From Tubiluchus corallicola (lineage: Eukaryota; Animalia; Priapulida), in assembly GCA_030141605.1 (NCBI GenBank), contig JAQGDQ010000603.1, forward strand, positions 1 to 64,000: 64,000 nucleotides of DNA, written 5' to 3'. A program made the translations under genes and the position numbers. The notes beneath the pieces are model-generated. The model was given only the letters and a program-made list of their open reading frames with translations, searched no databases and was not told the DNA's origin. This document shows positions 1 through 13,563 of this stretch, in pieces. Position 1 is the stretch's first letter; each line of letters opens with the position of its first letter.

Positions 1-726
1 TTAAGATGAAAAAGTTCAAAAGGATTCTGCACCCGGCCACTAAATGAAAATAAAATATATTTTGCGGTTATTAGCAAAAGCTTCAGTGATTATTGAGGTT
101 ATGGACAGCAGGTGGTGTAGGGTCCAGTGAACTCTCTTACTTGGCATTTCGTTGCAGGAGAATCCGTCAAGGGGCGTCATTGTGCCTACTACTCTTTGAT
201 ATTTATATTAAAACTGATTTTAATCCTCTTGAGCTTTTCAAAATATTATCAGAAAGTTTTTAAACTAGAGCAATTTTTCATGTTTGTGTTCTTCGTATCA
301 GCCTCTTGTATTCTATGGGTAACGATTTGAAGAATATCTCACACATGTTTTCAGTTTCTTTCAATGAGCTGCTGGTAGTTCGTTTAGCCCAGCAGATTTA
401 TCCTGTTAAGCTTCTTCAGAATCTGTCAATGTCAGTGTTTAGAGACTAAATAGGAAAATAAACACCTATAAACATTACACAAATACAGTTTGGACAAATA
501 CCGTTTGGAGAAAACCACGGAATTTCGATTTGTTTTTCACGATAGCCTCCGAAAATTTTAATAAATAGAAATATATGTAAACAACTTCACGACACCATGG
601 TCAAGATGTGTTTTTAACACCTTTCAACTATTATTTACATAATGAAATTACAAACAGAATTTAAAACAATGAGAGGCAGACTACCTTTGCAAAAGAATTA
701 TCCCAATATTAAATGTGTGATTTTAC

Positions 727-816
727 CTCTGTCAATCAAATCGAACAAGAAGTAGTCAGCTGTGGCTGTGACACCTGTTTTCAAGATGTAGCTTACATTC
801 CCATCATTTATATTGG
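727..816 (-). CDS. FREM2: FREM2/ECM3-like gene, coding exon 2 (end of CSPG array; gene continues beyond the left edge)
   Basis: TTTCAG acceptor and GTAAAA donor, 90 bp, phase 1-1. Joined to exon 1 it reads ...TFTQ|ANINDGNVSYILKTGVTATADYFLFDLIDRG, matching my recollection of the FREM2 sequence (ADIDDMKICYVL..ATSDMFYF) after the giant exon. Implied intron 817-13563. Confidence 0.85.
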
Positions 817-954
817 CTGAAATAAAATACAAAAGTTTAAGAGAAAAATGCTGATGCTGGTGACACAAACCAGGCAAGTTTTTCATCAGTAACTAGTTTG
901 TCTGTTCGCTTGTCCGTTCGTTTACTTACCTATTCCTTACTGTACTCGTGGAGT

Positions 955-1248
955 AATTGTTGTCGTCATCGTCGAAGTCGTTGATTTTGTCGCCGTTGCT
1001 GCTACTGTTTCTGTCGCTGCTGTCGCTCTTGGTATTGGTATCGTTGGTGTTGTTGTTAGTGTTGCGCTGTTGCTGTTGCTTTTATTGCACATTGCTGCTG
1101 TTGCTAATGGAGTTCTTGTTGTTGTCGTTGTTGCTGTCACTGTGTCTGCCACTGTTGCTGTTGTCGTTGTCGTTATCATTGCCACTGTCGTTTACGTTCT
1201 TATCGTTGTTATCATAGCTGTTGTAGTTACTGCTACTACTGCTGCTGT
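955..1248. repeat. degenerate (GTT/GCT/GTC)n low-complexity tract
   Basis: Trinucleotide mosaic seen directly. Confidence 0.85.
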
Positions 1249-2250
1249 TTATATAAAAAGATTTATGTAAATATATGCAGAAAGACACTTTCCAAATCCA
1301 TTTACGCATTTTCTGAAGCCTTGACCACAATTTAGTAAAAAGCCATGAAGATACTTTTTTCCGCATCGGAAAAATATTTTTAAATCTATTAAAAATCATA
1401 TTGTTACGAAGGCAGATTTTGACCAACCCCTTAATGTTAGTAATGGGTATGGTTGAGAAGCCCAGTAATGCAAATGTACCTGTATAAAACAGAATGCACG
1501 CCGTAATTTGACGATTCCAACCTGGCCTTTCTGTCTGTAAAGGTGAATGCTGTAGGTTTGCTGATTTTTATACCAAAGTCTGTTCACATGTCATGGAGCT
1601 ACTGGTTGTGCATTAAAGTTTATTTTACATTCGTATTCTTTTTACTTTTCTCGTCTGCTGTAAAGTATTTCATAACTTGTATGCCGCTCTATACATCCTG
1701 AGACGGATCCGCGCAGGAACCCGGACCCGTTACAATATCATTTCTTTTGGTCCACGTGTATACTTGATCTGAGTAGGCTGTCAGTTCATTAAATTGGTTT
1801 CAATCGACTTCGCTCCACACGATGAAACGCAGCAGCAAAAACGTGTCAGCGGTTCAACTCACAAACGGTTCATTTTTACTCACAAACCCATCTCGACCTA
1901 TGCAGTCAAAAGTCGTAATGAGCGAATAGGATCCCGATGTAAAAACCTTGCCAGTTATCTTCAAAAATAAAGTAATAACCGAAGCCATGTTTGCAGCGTA
2001 AACAGAACCAGACAGGACGTGCATGCATGCTCATCCAGGCGCAAAAAGTTTTTGATGGTAATACACTTTCGGGTCGTTAACATTTTTTGGTGAATCAATT
2101 ACACCGGGACTTAAACAAGTAATTAGCGCGCTAGAATAATCCTGGATAGACGTCAGGGAGAAAGTGAATGGTGGTAAAGAGTTACGGATATTGTCATGCG
2201 ACATTGCATTGCTGTACTTCGTGTATTTGTGCTACAGCCAGGCTGCTTAC

Positions 2251-2789
2251 ATGAAAACCGGATGGTTGTGTAAAAATGAGTTCAGAATAAAAATGCTCTA
2301 AAATATTGAAAACTACAATAGCTTTTTTAAATCAAGATTAAATAATAATTACAACGGATACTCAAATTTCGTAAACTTTCAAAGCTACGCGCGGCTCAGT
2401 GAATCTACTAAGACTGGCAACGACTCTTTTTTTGTCACATTCGCGTGGCTGACAAATAGAAGGCGGTACCGCGATAACCATGATCATGAACTGCAGTGTT
2501 AGTTTCTGACATCATATGATGTAGAGCCCATTGTTCCTCTCATCATGCATTTAAGCAGTACTGTAACACTCACGCAAAGGTGCTTGACGCGCAAGAGAGA
2601 TGCCTGCCATTGCACAAACTGTGGTTAGTTTCTGACGTAAGCAATAGCTGTGTTCGGCTGCTGTCAATTAACTTTCTAAGCTAATTATTCAAATATAAGA
2701 AACAATTGCTATCCTTTATAGGCAAGAAAATGTATATTTTGGACCCTAAAAGAAATAAGATTGAGTCTAAAGAATCGTCCGGTTTTCCT
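2251..2789 (+). mobile_element. Kolobok/T2-like MITE family 1, copy a
   Basis: Ends (A)TGAAAACCGGA..TCCGGTTTTCCT|TTAA; collinear with 34400-34960. Confidence 0.8.
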
Positions 2790-3617
2790 TTAAGGTTATT
2801 ATAACAATTTACAGATTGGATTTAAAAGTCGAACTGACTGAAACCTAGAAAACATCCAGGAGTTGTGCCTCTCAGTTCAGATGTGTTAGTTTGTGACAAA
2901 CTACGCACGTTCGACAGCTCATGCGCGAGCACAGCGGAAATTTGAAATTTGAATTTTTATCTTAAAATATGCCTAGTTTTAGTACAATACACTGAATATC
3001 TTACAGTAGCACTGTACTTCAATCTTCGCTTTCGCAAACACGTGCAACACGCAGGTGATATATTTTTTATGTTGAAAATTATGTTAGTTTGTGATGTCAT
3101 CAATAGTTGGCCCTGCCCGCCGTTAATTAAGTTTTTAATCTATTATTTAATTATCAGAAACGGTTTTGTTATATTAATTGTGTTAAAATGTATACTTTTT
3201 ATCGGACTTGAAAATGGGGTAGTGTATGAAAAATCATCCTGTCTTCCTTTAACTTCGATTCACTTGATGCTGCAAAGGCCACAGCTATGGAGAAATTATG
3301 CAAACCAGATGAACAAGATTCTAATCTAAAGATTATTTAGGAGCCAACTGCCCGAGGTTACTTCAACTGAATGTTTTAATACTGTGTACCGGAATCGATT
3401 CGGTTTAGAGTTGCAGGAATTAATCTTGCCAGTACTGAAAAAAAACGTGTGAGTTTTGTATGAATTAACTTATGGAGAGATCATGTAACTCGTTAGGAGA
3501 AATAATCGGTTTACTAATCCGTTTTTAAACGCTTTTAAATCTCTATCAGTTGATATAACAGGAGCACAGTGTGCTAACAGAAATGATTCTCGTCGCGAAC
3601 TTAATTCCCTGGTTTAA

Positions 3618-4076
3618 CCCTTTCAGTCCCAAATTATTTGTTTAATAAGAAACATTTTTTTGGCTTGGTAGTTTTGTTCAGTATGTCCATCTTGTTTACA
3701 AATAATAATTATTTTTTCTACCTGTGCCCGCGTGCTAAATATAGCCTGTATCCCACGGGATACATTGGGATTCAATGGAAGCATAAAATGTGCTTCATTT
3801 TGCAACTGCTGATAATTTTTTAAAGTATTTAAGACATTTAGTATGCATGCTATGCTGATCTGTACAAAGTCGTCTCTAAAGTACTGTACCTTACGCAGTT
3901 TTTTATGCTATGTAGATTTTCTAGTTTGCCATTTTATCACCATTTTTAGTCTATTGTTATTGGCTTAAATCAAAACAACTATCAACAGATCAAATAACTG
4001 TCAGTTTTAAAATTTTATTAATTTTAAAGGCAGAAAATATTCTCTAATCCCACGGGATACAACGGGTATGAAAGGG
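3618..4076. mobile_element. piggyBac-like MITE
   Basis: TTAA|CCCTTTCAGTCCC..GGGTATGAAAGGG|TTAA; internal repeat ATCCCACGGGATACA twice. Confidence 0.8.
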
Positions 4077-4466
4077 TTAAGAGAGGAACTTGGATATAAA
4101 TTTATCCTGTTGATTTTCAACGGTTTTCAACAGCTTCCTTATTTGGTATCGCATGAATACTAGTTGATAGTTTTGGCAGTTTTCTACTCAGTTTACCAAC
4201 CAGGAAACATCGTCATCGTACCGATTTCAAAAGACGGTTTCCATGTAACAACTCTGTCTATTTGCTATTTGAACAAAGTGCAGTTTTTTGCAACTTTCAA
4301 ATAATTTCAGTTATCGTGGCCACTAGTAGAAATACTTCTTTCTTTTCTTTTTATTGTCCCGCCTCTTAAAATCTAATTCATTGTGCAGTTTTGATATTGT
4401 TTTCAAGTTTGGTATTGGTTTCTGAAAAAAGAAGATTTCGTTTACGCAAACGCATAAAGCTTGAAG

Positions 4467-4681
4467 ATCTGGGTAAGAAAATTGTAATTCACTACGTCAC
4501 AAGTGCAACATATAACAAACACAGGCGATCTATCTAAGCTACTAAGATAGTAAGTCACCAACACAAATGATAATCAAAGTGGGACCTAAAATAAACGTGT
4601 ACTAACCATGAATTAGCAAGGGAGAGAGAGAGAGAGAGCGTGAGTGCGTGAGTGTGTGTGTGTGTGTGTGAGAGAGAGTGC

Positions 4682-4740
<59 letters not shown>

Positions 4741-4811
4741 CGTGAGTGTGTGTGGGTGTGAGAGAGTGAGTGAGTGCGTGAGTGAGTGAGATGGAGAGAG
4801 AGAGAGTGAGT

Positions 4812-4845
<34 letters not shown>

Positions 4846-4853
4846 GAGAGAGA

Positions 4854-4912
<59 letters not shown>
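4467..4912 (+). repeat. interspersed repeat ending in (GA)n/(GT)n microsatellite; second copy at 46127-46302
   Basis: ~155-bp near-identical core GATCTGGGTAAGAAAATTG..GAATTAGCAAG followed by a GA tract in both copies. Confidence 0.8.
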
Positions 4913-4916
<4 letters not shown>

Positions 4917-6307
4917 TCACCGATCAGCAGTCACACTTCCTTTTAATAGGCAAGGTTAACCAAACGCATGGTTATACATGCATGAACGAGGTATACGATC
5001 TAAACAATATTTTAAGGCCACCAATGAAGCCAGCCAAGCGGATTTTCCGACAACATTATCGTTATAGTTATATTTTTTGATAAATAATTAGAACGCCTGT
5101 GAACTAAGATGAATTATTATAATTATAATTATAATTATAATTAGTATAAATATGCTAGCTAAGAAAATACATACTCTTTTGAATAAGATGATTTATCTAC
5201 CCTTGTTTTAATAATTATTTATTATTAATAGATAATTAGCACTTGCACTTGCACTAGGCCTAGTGGTTTGTTCACAAAGAAGAAGAGTTATGTTAGCAAG
5301 CCACTAGGGCCACTAGTAACTCTAAATGTGAACAGTTTGTCTAAAAATGTCTTCCATTACTGACGTGGTGAAAACTAAACATTAATGTGAAATAAGGCGA
5401 TTAACTAAAACGTGTTATTTTGATTAATTTTGCTAGAATTTCTTCCCTGAATAAAAACATAGATTTTTGGAGGTCAGACTAGTAATAGATTGCATTTAAT
5501 TTACTGCTTGTTTACAATGTTTACCAGTATAGTTTTACATTCTCTAGATTAGATAAACAATTTTACACCCATCGACACGCTGCACGACACATGAAGCTGT
5601 GCTCGCTTTTCGATTTTATTATCTGCCATGCAAAAATCAATAAGTTAGCCCCATCATCATATTCAGTTAGGAAGGATTATTGCACCCACTAAAGCTGCGT
5701 CGTAAAAATTAAAAAAATTGAAACACGGAAACTGTTATGATTCAGTTTTGCTGGGGCGCAACTTCCAAAAGTATGTTGAAAGAAAGAGTGTGATATTTTT
5801 TTGTTGATTGGTGGAAAACTAAAATTTCAGCTGAACATTATGCCATAAAGTAGTTATTTACAGCAGTCTTTCATTGTGGAATTCACTCCCACTCCCACTT
5901 GGTTGTTAAGATCAATTGTTGAAAACAACTCGTCACATAAAATTCCAGTTCTTTCGGCTATTTATGAATGTTTAAACGCCTTCATTCATTATTACGGTTG
6001 TCTGACAATGAATTTTGCATCTATTTTCGGAAATCACAGTGAATTAGCGATACTGATGCTTAATTCCTCGGCTGTATGGCGTACCATCTCTGAAGCGTCT
6101 CTAATAGCAATTTACTAAAGAAACTAAGAGTGAACAATTTCCCAAACAGATTAGAAGGTTGTTTTGCCTTACAATAAGGCTTATACATCGTATTAAATAC
6201 AGTTCTACTCCATTATGTGCATAGTTCCGTTTCATCTGAAAATCTCTGTCTCGATATGCCAGCCACAACCTCCAATTGCCATTCTACTAGACTTTTCAAA
6301 CTGGATC

Positions 6308-6581
6308 TGTATAGATCCAAGTTGCTGCGATCCTGTCTTGTCTGTATGGCAAATATTTTACTGACTTCATTACAGCTGTATAGATCCAAGTTGCTACGAT
6401 CCTGTCTTGTCTGCATGGCAAATATTTTACTGGTTTTATTACAGCTGTATAGATCCAAGTTGCTGCGATCTGTCTTGTCTGCATGGCAAATATTTTACTG
6501 GTTTTATTACAGCTGTATAGATCCAAGTTGCTGCGATCCTGTCTTGTCTGCATGGCAAATATTTTACTGGTTTTATTACAG
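6308..6581. repeat. 69-bp tandem repeat, ~4 copies
   Basis: Unit CTGTATAGATCCAAGTTGCTGCGATCCTGTCTTGTCTGCATGGCAAATATTTTACTGGTTTTATTACAG. Confidence 0.92.
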
Positions 6582-9309
6582 CATACGAAAAAAGGACTTC
6601 GTTAGCCCGTCTCGGCGCAACTGATAATTGTTTGTTTTGACAGGTTAATGGAATTTTAAAATTGATTTGCCGCTTGATCGTATTTCAGATACGCATGAAA
6701 ATTTCGAAATTTCTTGCAAAAAACTGGTTGTGCTTGCCAAACTCTAAATTTGCCGCCCTGAGCAAAAACGTTCCCTGCCAAAAGATTCCCTCAGTGAAGG
6801 AACTTTTATAAAGCCTGCTGAAGAGCTTATAAGTCATGCCAAACAACCGATAGGGAAAGTAATACATTACCCTCACAGAAGTAAGTACTAAATTTGATAT
6901 TGACGGTGAAATTTTTGAAGAAATGAGTCACGTCGCCATTCCCCTTGGGAAATCAGCTTGACTCACACCTCTGTCCACTGTGTCCACTTTTACACAGTAT
7001 TGGGGAAGCAGCCACAAATGAATGCTCATGTCATACTGGGGAAGCACAAACTTCATCTACTCTTTAATTGTAGTTTAGTTGACCAAGAAGTCAGAAAAAA
7101 TCTTATCGATGTTCTGCCCAACCGGGAATTAAGAGAGATTTGCTTTAAAAGAAACGCTTTAGTTTGTCATAAATTTATACAAGTGGTGAAAGATATTATT
7201 TACAAAAATCTAATGTAGTTTTAATTACTTCGGGTTAGCTGAGAATATACAGTGTGAAAAACAGTAAGATAAATAAGTTTGTATATTTTGTTATAATTAT
7301 AACGATGCAGAGTAAGCTTAACACAAATATGGGCAAATTTTCTGAACCATAGTTGCTACTAATTCTAGTTGTGATTATTTATATAGTTTGTACGTGAATG
7401 TTGTATTTTGTGTAATTATTTTTCTTGTATTATATGTACAAACAACATCTGAGTATTGTGTGTCAACTTGTTCTTACCATTGTCTACAATTATTCATAAT
7501 GTCTTTTTGTTTGACTTGCTTTTGGATCTAGTTGTTCTTTTGTTACCTGAGTCACAATGTATAATTGTATTTCCTTGGATGTATTAGATTGAAATGATTC
7601 ATGGAATACCTGCAAAAAAAGGTTAATAAAAGAGTTATAATGATAATAATAATAATAATCTGTCCACTAATGACACGCAGAGCTGCAAAAGTTTCTGTAC
7701 TCAATAAATACCGTTTATCATGTTTTGTCAGTTTACTCCTTTTGGTTTCTTCCGCAGAGAAGGGGCAACTAAATCATTTCTGGACACTCCCAGTAATTTC
7801 ATTTGTACGAAAGCTTACAACACTGATTTCCAACAATGAGCTCAAATTGTTCCTTGGGAAAAAGAACTTCAATTACAACGTTTTAAAAAGCATATATTTC
7901 ATTTGTTACTAACACGTTACCTAACCTGCAAATTGACGTTTTTAGATACCTGTAATCTGATTTGTCTGTATTATTATCATTAATTGTTTTTATAGCTGAA
8001 TATTATTTTAACTTTGAGATATATTGTATGTATTACTTTGTCTACACCATGCTGTGTTTGCGCCGTCTAGTGGTGAGACTCGAAAGCTCATGCTCCTACT
8101 CTGCTCGAGGCTGATTTGTATGATTTTTAATCCGTTTCTATTTTATGATCGTATTGTTATTTTCATAATGTAAATAGTTCAATGTTTTGTGTTGCAAATC
8201 AGCCAAGTAAAAAACTATTGAATTGAATTGAACACTGCTAGAAGATAACGTTGTTCAAAACAATATTTTGCAAATAACATTTCTTTTTCAAAATAGAATT
8301 TTATTGTGATCGGTTTTGAACAATTACTTGAAAATAAGATGGCGCTCTTCTGGGGTTCACCATGGTCATAAACGGCAATAGAAGTCATAATGGTCTCTGT
8401 GAAAGATATTTGTGAAGTCGAAATTGAACACTGGTATAAACAACTAAACAAACACTATGCAAAAACATGGCTTCACATATCCCATTACAGAAAAATAGGG
8501 GAGATACAGTGAGTTTGAATATTCATTGGAACATACAATTGCATTAAGGGGTGAATTCAACTAGTAAATGTTTAAAGTAACGAATCAATAGATGACAGCA
8601 CCTAAATATACAGTTACAACTTGCACAGTCTCTATTCTTGATTTTTCCTTCAGAAGCTTTGGTCATTCAGCAGCTGGAACCAATTTCATATTTGTGCTGA
8701 GGGACAGCAATTACTGTTCACTTTCAAGGCATTTAGAAAGAAATTTCACCAGAATGTGGAAACAACTTAGAAGTAAAAGTTCAATAGGTAGTAGACAAAT
8801 ATTTCTTAAACCCCTTTACATTACAACCGGTAATAAACAATTGTTGTTTTCCCACTTTTTTCCTGATTACCGGGATCTTTTTCAAACCTAACCACCCTAA
8901 TTGCAGCTGTTTTCATTCATTAACTCTAATATCACCCTCTAAATGTTTTGCTGTTTTAGGGTTAAATAAATTCTTTGAGTGTTTCTGCCAAGTTTTGTTA
9001 CTAGTAATTAAAATGGCTTCCCCTAGGTTATTAGGTTATCACTTTCATCTGTTTAAACGCTGTTTTACTACTCTGCTTTGTCTAGCTTGCAGTTTTTTTT
9101 CTTGGCAACAGCTTATTAGCTGCTACGCCCCGTTCAAAAAAGTTAAATCTATTTTTACTTTACGTCATTAAAAAGCTTGTTTGCGTAACTTTTTTAAACT
9201 GGTGAAAGTTCACAGTTATTTTGTTGTCATACGCTAACCCTGGGCCTACTATAAGAACCAGGGGCCAGACCACTGAATTTTAGCAAGTTAGATTTTCTGG
9301 AACAAAACA

Positions 9310-9931
9310 ATGGGACAGTCGTATAAATTTACATGTTTAAAAAGATGGCCAAGATTTCACTGGATAACCGCATCTATATTCGCCATCCTGACTGGAGTTT
9401 ACTTGATGTGTTTCTATAATACGCCTCATATTCAACGCCAGATGAGTTGAGAAGAACAGAATCGAATTCTTGCGCAGACAATTGAACTAAATCGAGTCGT
9501 TTCAGATGTTGTCCTTTGTCTCGCCTTATTTGGTGGTAAATTAAACAATTTATTATATTAAACAAAACAGGTTCCTTGTACAAATTCACTTTTTCATTGG
9601 CTTAATTGCGTTTTCAGTAAAAGAGCAGTGAGATTGGGTATTTAAAATTAATGACACAAGCAAATTTAGCTTTAGTCTTGGGAATGTAGTTGATTTTACA
9701 GAAATGGTGAATGTCTCTAAGCTTAGTAAGTACATGATTCGTTAGTACTAAAATTTGTTAATCTAACAATGTATTAATTACTTTTTTAATTCTTCAAAAA
9801 TTGCAGGATTGTTTACAGCACTTAATGAAAACACTTGGAATCAGCTTAAAAGTTGCATCTTTCATTGCGAGTTCAATGAAACTACAAGCGCTCTGTTGCC
9901 AGGCGTTTCTACAACAAGCGCTTCACCTTAG
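9310..9931 (+). pseudogene. possible nested antisense two-exon (pseudo)gene encoding a type II membrane-anchored protein
   Basis: ACAATGG start, basic N-terminus plus hydrophobic ITASIFAILTGVYLMCFY, in-frame TGA at 9448, frame continues to G|GTAAAT (9535), then TTGCAG acceptor (9807) open to TAG 9931. No family recognised. Confidence 0.25.
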
Positions 9932-10117
9932 ATAACTTTAAACAGGCGGCTCAGTTAATGAATAAAATAACTGCCTAATGTGTCTCTACAGCTTTCCCAA
10001 CTCCTAACTTATAACAAACAAAAGAGCTCCAGTTTCTCTTCCTCGCTGTTTGAGGCAACGGAAACGTATTTGGGATATTTTTTGTAAAATGTTCATGATC
10101 AGTATCGCCAAAGTCGT

Positions 10118-10133
10118 TATCATCATCATCATT

Positions 10134-10198
<65 letters not shown>

Positions 10199-10468
10199 TC
10201 ACTCATTCACTCATTCACTCATTCACTCACTCATTCATTCATTCATTCATTCATTCATTCATTCATTCATTCATTCATTCATTCATCATTCATTCATTCA
10301 TTCATTCATTCATTCATTCATTCATTCATTCATTCATTCATTCATTGATCATTCATTCATTCATTCATTCGTTCATTCGTTCGTTCGTTCGTTCGTTCGT
10401 TCGTTCGTTCGTTCATTCATTCATTCATTCATTCATTCATTCATTCATTCATTCATTCATTCATTCAT
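10118..10468. repeat. compound microsatellite (ATC)n-(ATTC)n-(GTTC)n
   Basis: Seen directly. Confidence 0.97.
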
Positions 10469-11174
10469 CTCCTATCGCCACCATCTTGCTCGTTATTGGC
10501 ATAATTTATGTGTGAATCATCTAAAATCATTTGAATTTTGTAAAAACGGTAATTTATCTGCGCCAATATAAAAGCCATGTTTTGTTCTCACGAATAAAAT
10601 GACGACCATTTTGCAACAGACACTTTTCAAAACAACCGGCTGTTAGATTTTTTTAGCTATATACCGACCGATAAATTACTCTTTTTTCTCTGTTTTATGG
10701 GTAAAATTTGTCAACACATAGTAACACAGAAATTTTTAAGTGTGCTTACTTAACAGTGCCATTCCTGTATCTGCAAGTTGCTGCATACTGGAGTAAATAC
10801 ACTAGGAACAAATTGAAACATCGACAGTTTTAATTACCCGGTTTATCAAAAAATTAAAAAGAAAGTTTAATATTATATCTAATCGTAACAGGGAAAATAC
10901 TTCTTTTGTCTTTCGTTTTGTTCCCATTGCAAATTTTAGATGCTGTAGTTAGCAGTTAATTGAAAAGGTTATGCGGCATTAATAGCATTATTAATTTTGT
11001 TCTTTAGTAATATATTTTAGCAGTTTATTTACTAAAATCACCATCACTATACATGTGGTGGCAGCATTTCAACGGGAACATTTCAATGTTTTTGTTCTTT
11101 ATTGTTAAATAAATTTATTCACTAATATCGAGATTTTAATCAGAGATCGAATGTGAACTAGTGAGTTTAAGCTA

Positions 11175-11640
11175 GTGTCAATTATTAACGTGAAGAGACA
11201 ATTGTTTAATGCTTACTGCACTACTTTTTATTGTATGTCCACTTGGAGACATTTTTATTCTACAATCTTAGCAAACTCAAGGTTGCATATAATGTATCAA
11301 CACGGAAGCTGTTTAACTTTTCATATGCTACGAGCGCAAGATATATTTCTACTAGACTACTAATATTATTTATTTTGATGTGATTCACAGAAAATGTGCA
11401 TACAGTTTATACGTCAGGCTGAATAACAGTGAAAATTTTATATGCAAGAACATTTTAAACAGTGATGTAAACTTTTCTTCTGTAATTAGATGTCATTGGC
11501 GTAGTTTGTTATATCGTTAATTGTTATTTGTGTTATTGTTGTGTTTCATGATTTATTGTATTATTTGTATTAATTTGTGATGTGTATGTGAACTTTGTGA
11601 AGTTTGAAATAAAATATTAAATCTAAATCTAAAATCTAAA
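11175..11640 (+). mobile_element. decayed LINE 3' end (L2/Crack/Daphne-like)
   Basis: LFNAYCTTFYCMSTW is a typical RT C-terminal motif; ends in AATAAA plus (TCTAAA)n tail. Confidence 0.6.
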
Positions 11641-11832
11641 TTATCTACAAAATACATACAATAATTTTATAATAATTTCTTAAACTGCTTTGTCTGTACT
11701 GTAACATGTAACAATAGTGACTGTACTCTGAATACAGCGTTGACAGAAAAGTTTTGGCAATAGCATCGGCAGAACGAACTGTATTTTCAAATATGAAACG
11801 CAAACTTAAACCAGAGCTATCACAGATCTTTC

Positions 11833-12428
11833 ACTGGAAGCTAAGCACCCTAACATGGAACCGCCACATTGTTGTAATGTTTAGACCCTGGAAGCTAAAC
11901 ACCCTAACATGGAACCGCCACATTGTTGTAATGTTTAGACCCTGGAAGCTAAACACCCTTACATGGAATCGCCACATTGTTGTAATGTTTAGACACTGGA
12001 AGCTAAACACCCTAACATGGAACCGCCACATTGTTGTAATGTTTAGACAATGGAAGCTAAACACCCTAACAAGGAACCGCCACATTGTTGTAATGTTTAG
12101 ACAATGGAAGCTAAACACCCTAACAAGGAACTGCCACATTGTTGTAATGTTTAGACACTGAAAGCTAAACACCCTAACATGGAACCGCCACATTGTTGTA
12201 ATGTTTAGACAATGGAAGCTAAACACCCTAACAAGGAACTGCCACATTGTTGTAATGTTTAGACACTGGAAGCTAAACACCCTAACAAGGAACCGCCAAA
12301 TTGTTGTAATGTTTAGACAATGGAAGCTAGACACCCTAACATGGAACCGCCACATTGTTGTAATGTTTAGACAATGGAAGCTAAACACCCTAACATGGAA
12401 CCGCCACATTGTCGTAATGTTTAGACAC
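11833..12428. repeat. 54-bp minisatellite, ~11 copies
   Basis: Unit TGGAAGCTAAACACCCTAACATGGAACCGCCACATTGTTGTAATGTTTAGACAC. Confidence 0.95.
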
Positions 12429-13031
12429 ATACGCGCTTCTAAAGAAACATCAGCAAAGACCAGCAATGTGGTGGCAATTTGTTCCTAAGCCGCTGCAAAG
12501 TTATTGTTTATTTGTTTCTCATTTGACCTAAGATGTGCTCTGCCTTTAGCCAGACGGGTGAGAGGAGGTTTCTTTCATTATAACTATCAGACCATCACAA
12601 CACAGGCACGAGGCAAGAACAAACACTGCTCTGTTTAGGGAGAGAGGATACTAGGCTCTCTTTCCATATTTTCAGTCTCTGTGATAATCCCGATAGATTT
12701 GACTTTAGAGCAAGTGAGGACAGGGATCTTGCTGAAGATGACATAAATAAAAGCAAACAGTGAGGGTTAACCGAAAACGACGATGATTATGACAACAACA
12801 GCGCCACTCAACAACAATGTCTGTATCGCAATTATGGCGACAGCAGCAGCTCATCAACAGTAACAACGACGACAATAACAGCAGCAGCAACAGTAGCAGC
12901 TGTAGTCAGTCACATTTTTCTTTTTTTGTATTAGTAACAATATCTTTACGTATGGTAATGGTTGCGGTTTTGGCCAACAGCATCAATCGCAAAAAAACAG
13001 TGATTCATAAAAACAGAAGATACCATATATA

Positions 13032-13400
13032 GGTTTTACATGTCAAATGTAGACCTGCGTTAACTCAAATGTAGATTTAGGTAATTCAAATGTGTCTTCG
13101 TAACTCAAATGTGACATCGGTATCTCAAATGTGGATAGGTGGTAAAGTTTAAGGATGTTAAATTTAATCTTCTTTAATTTCAATTTAATAATTGCTCTTA
13201 AGGTAAAATAACAACGTTATAGGTTCACTAATATTTTGCAAACTTTACAGACCATTGGAACTGTTAGAGAAAACAATGTTTCTTTGTAAGTTGCACTTAA
13301 TAAATGAGTTAATTACCGATTTATTCAAAGTACCGCATCTACATTTGACTTACCTAAGTCACATTTGAACTTACCTAAGTCACATTTGACGTGTAAAACC
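13032..13400. mobile_element. TA-flanked MITE family 2, short copy
   Basis: TA|GGTTTTACATGTCAAATGT..ACATTTGACGTGTAAAACC|TA with subterminal CAAATGT/ACATTTG repeats. Confidence 0.82.
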
Positions 13401-13563
13401 TATATAACCTGTACTAACAAAATTATGTATTAAAAATAATATTTGAAAAGCAAAAGAGGAACTAAAAATTAGTAGTACCACTTTGTATTGTGCAAATGGT
13501 TTCTAGCATGGACTTCCTTACACTAATTTGTTAGCTGTCAAGGGCACGCAATGTTTTACTCAC

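Noticed and set aside
1680-2240. GC-richer stretch as a hidden exon or transposase
   Set aside because: The minus-strand frames I translated have multiple stops and no recognisable motif.
6213-6624. Overlapping ORFs with 23-aa repeats
   Set aside because: 69-bp tandem repeat with an internal frameshift.
11754-12488. ORFs of 95-211 aa with 18-aa repeats
   Set aside because: By-product of a 54-bp (multiple of 3) minisatellite; open on both strands, no splice or domain support.
12596-12732. Minus-strand acceptor-like site as FREM exon 2
   Set aside because: The in-phase translation (ARSLSSLALKSNL..) has no FREM similarity and stops; 727-816 fits the family. An alternative terminal exon cannot be fully excluded.
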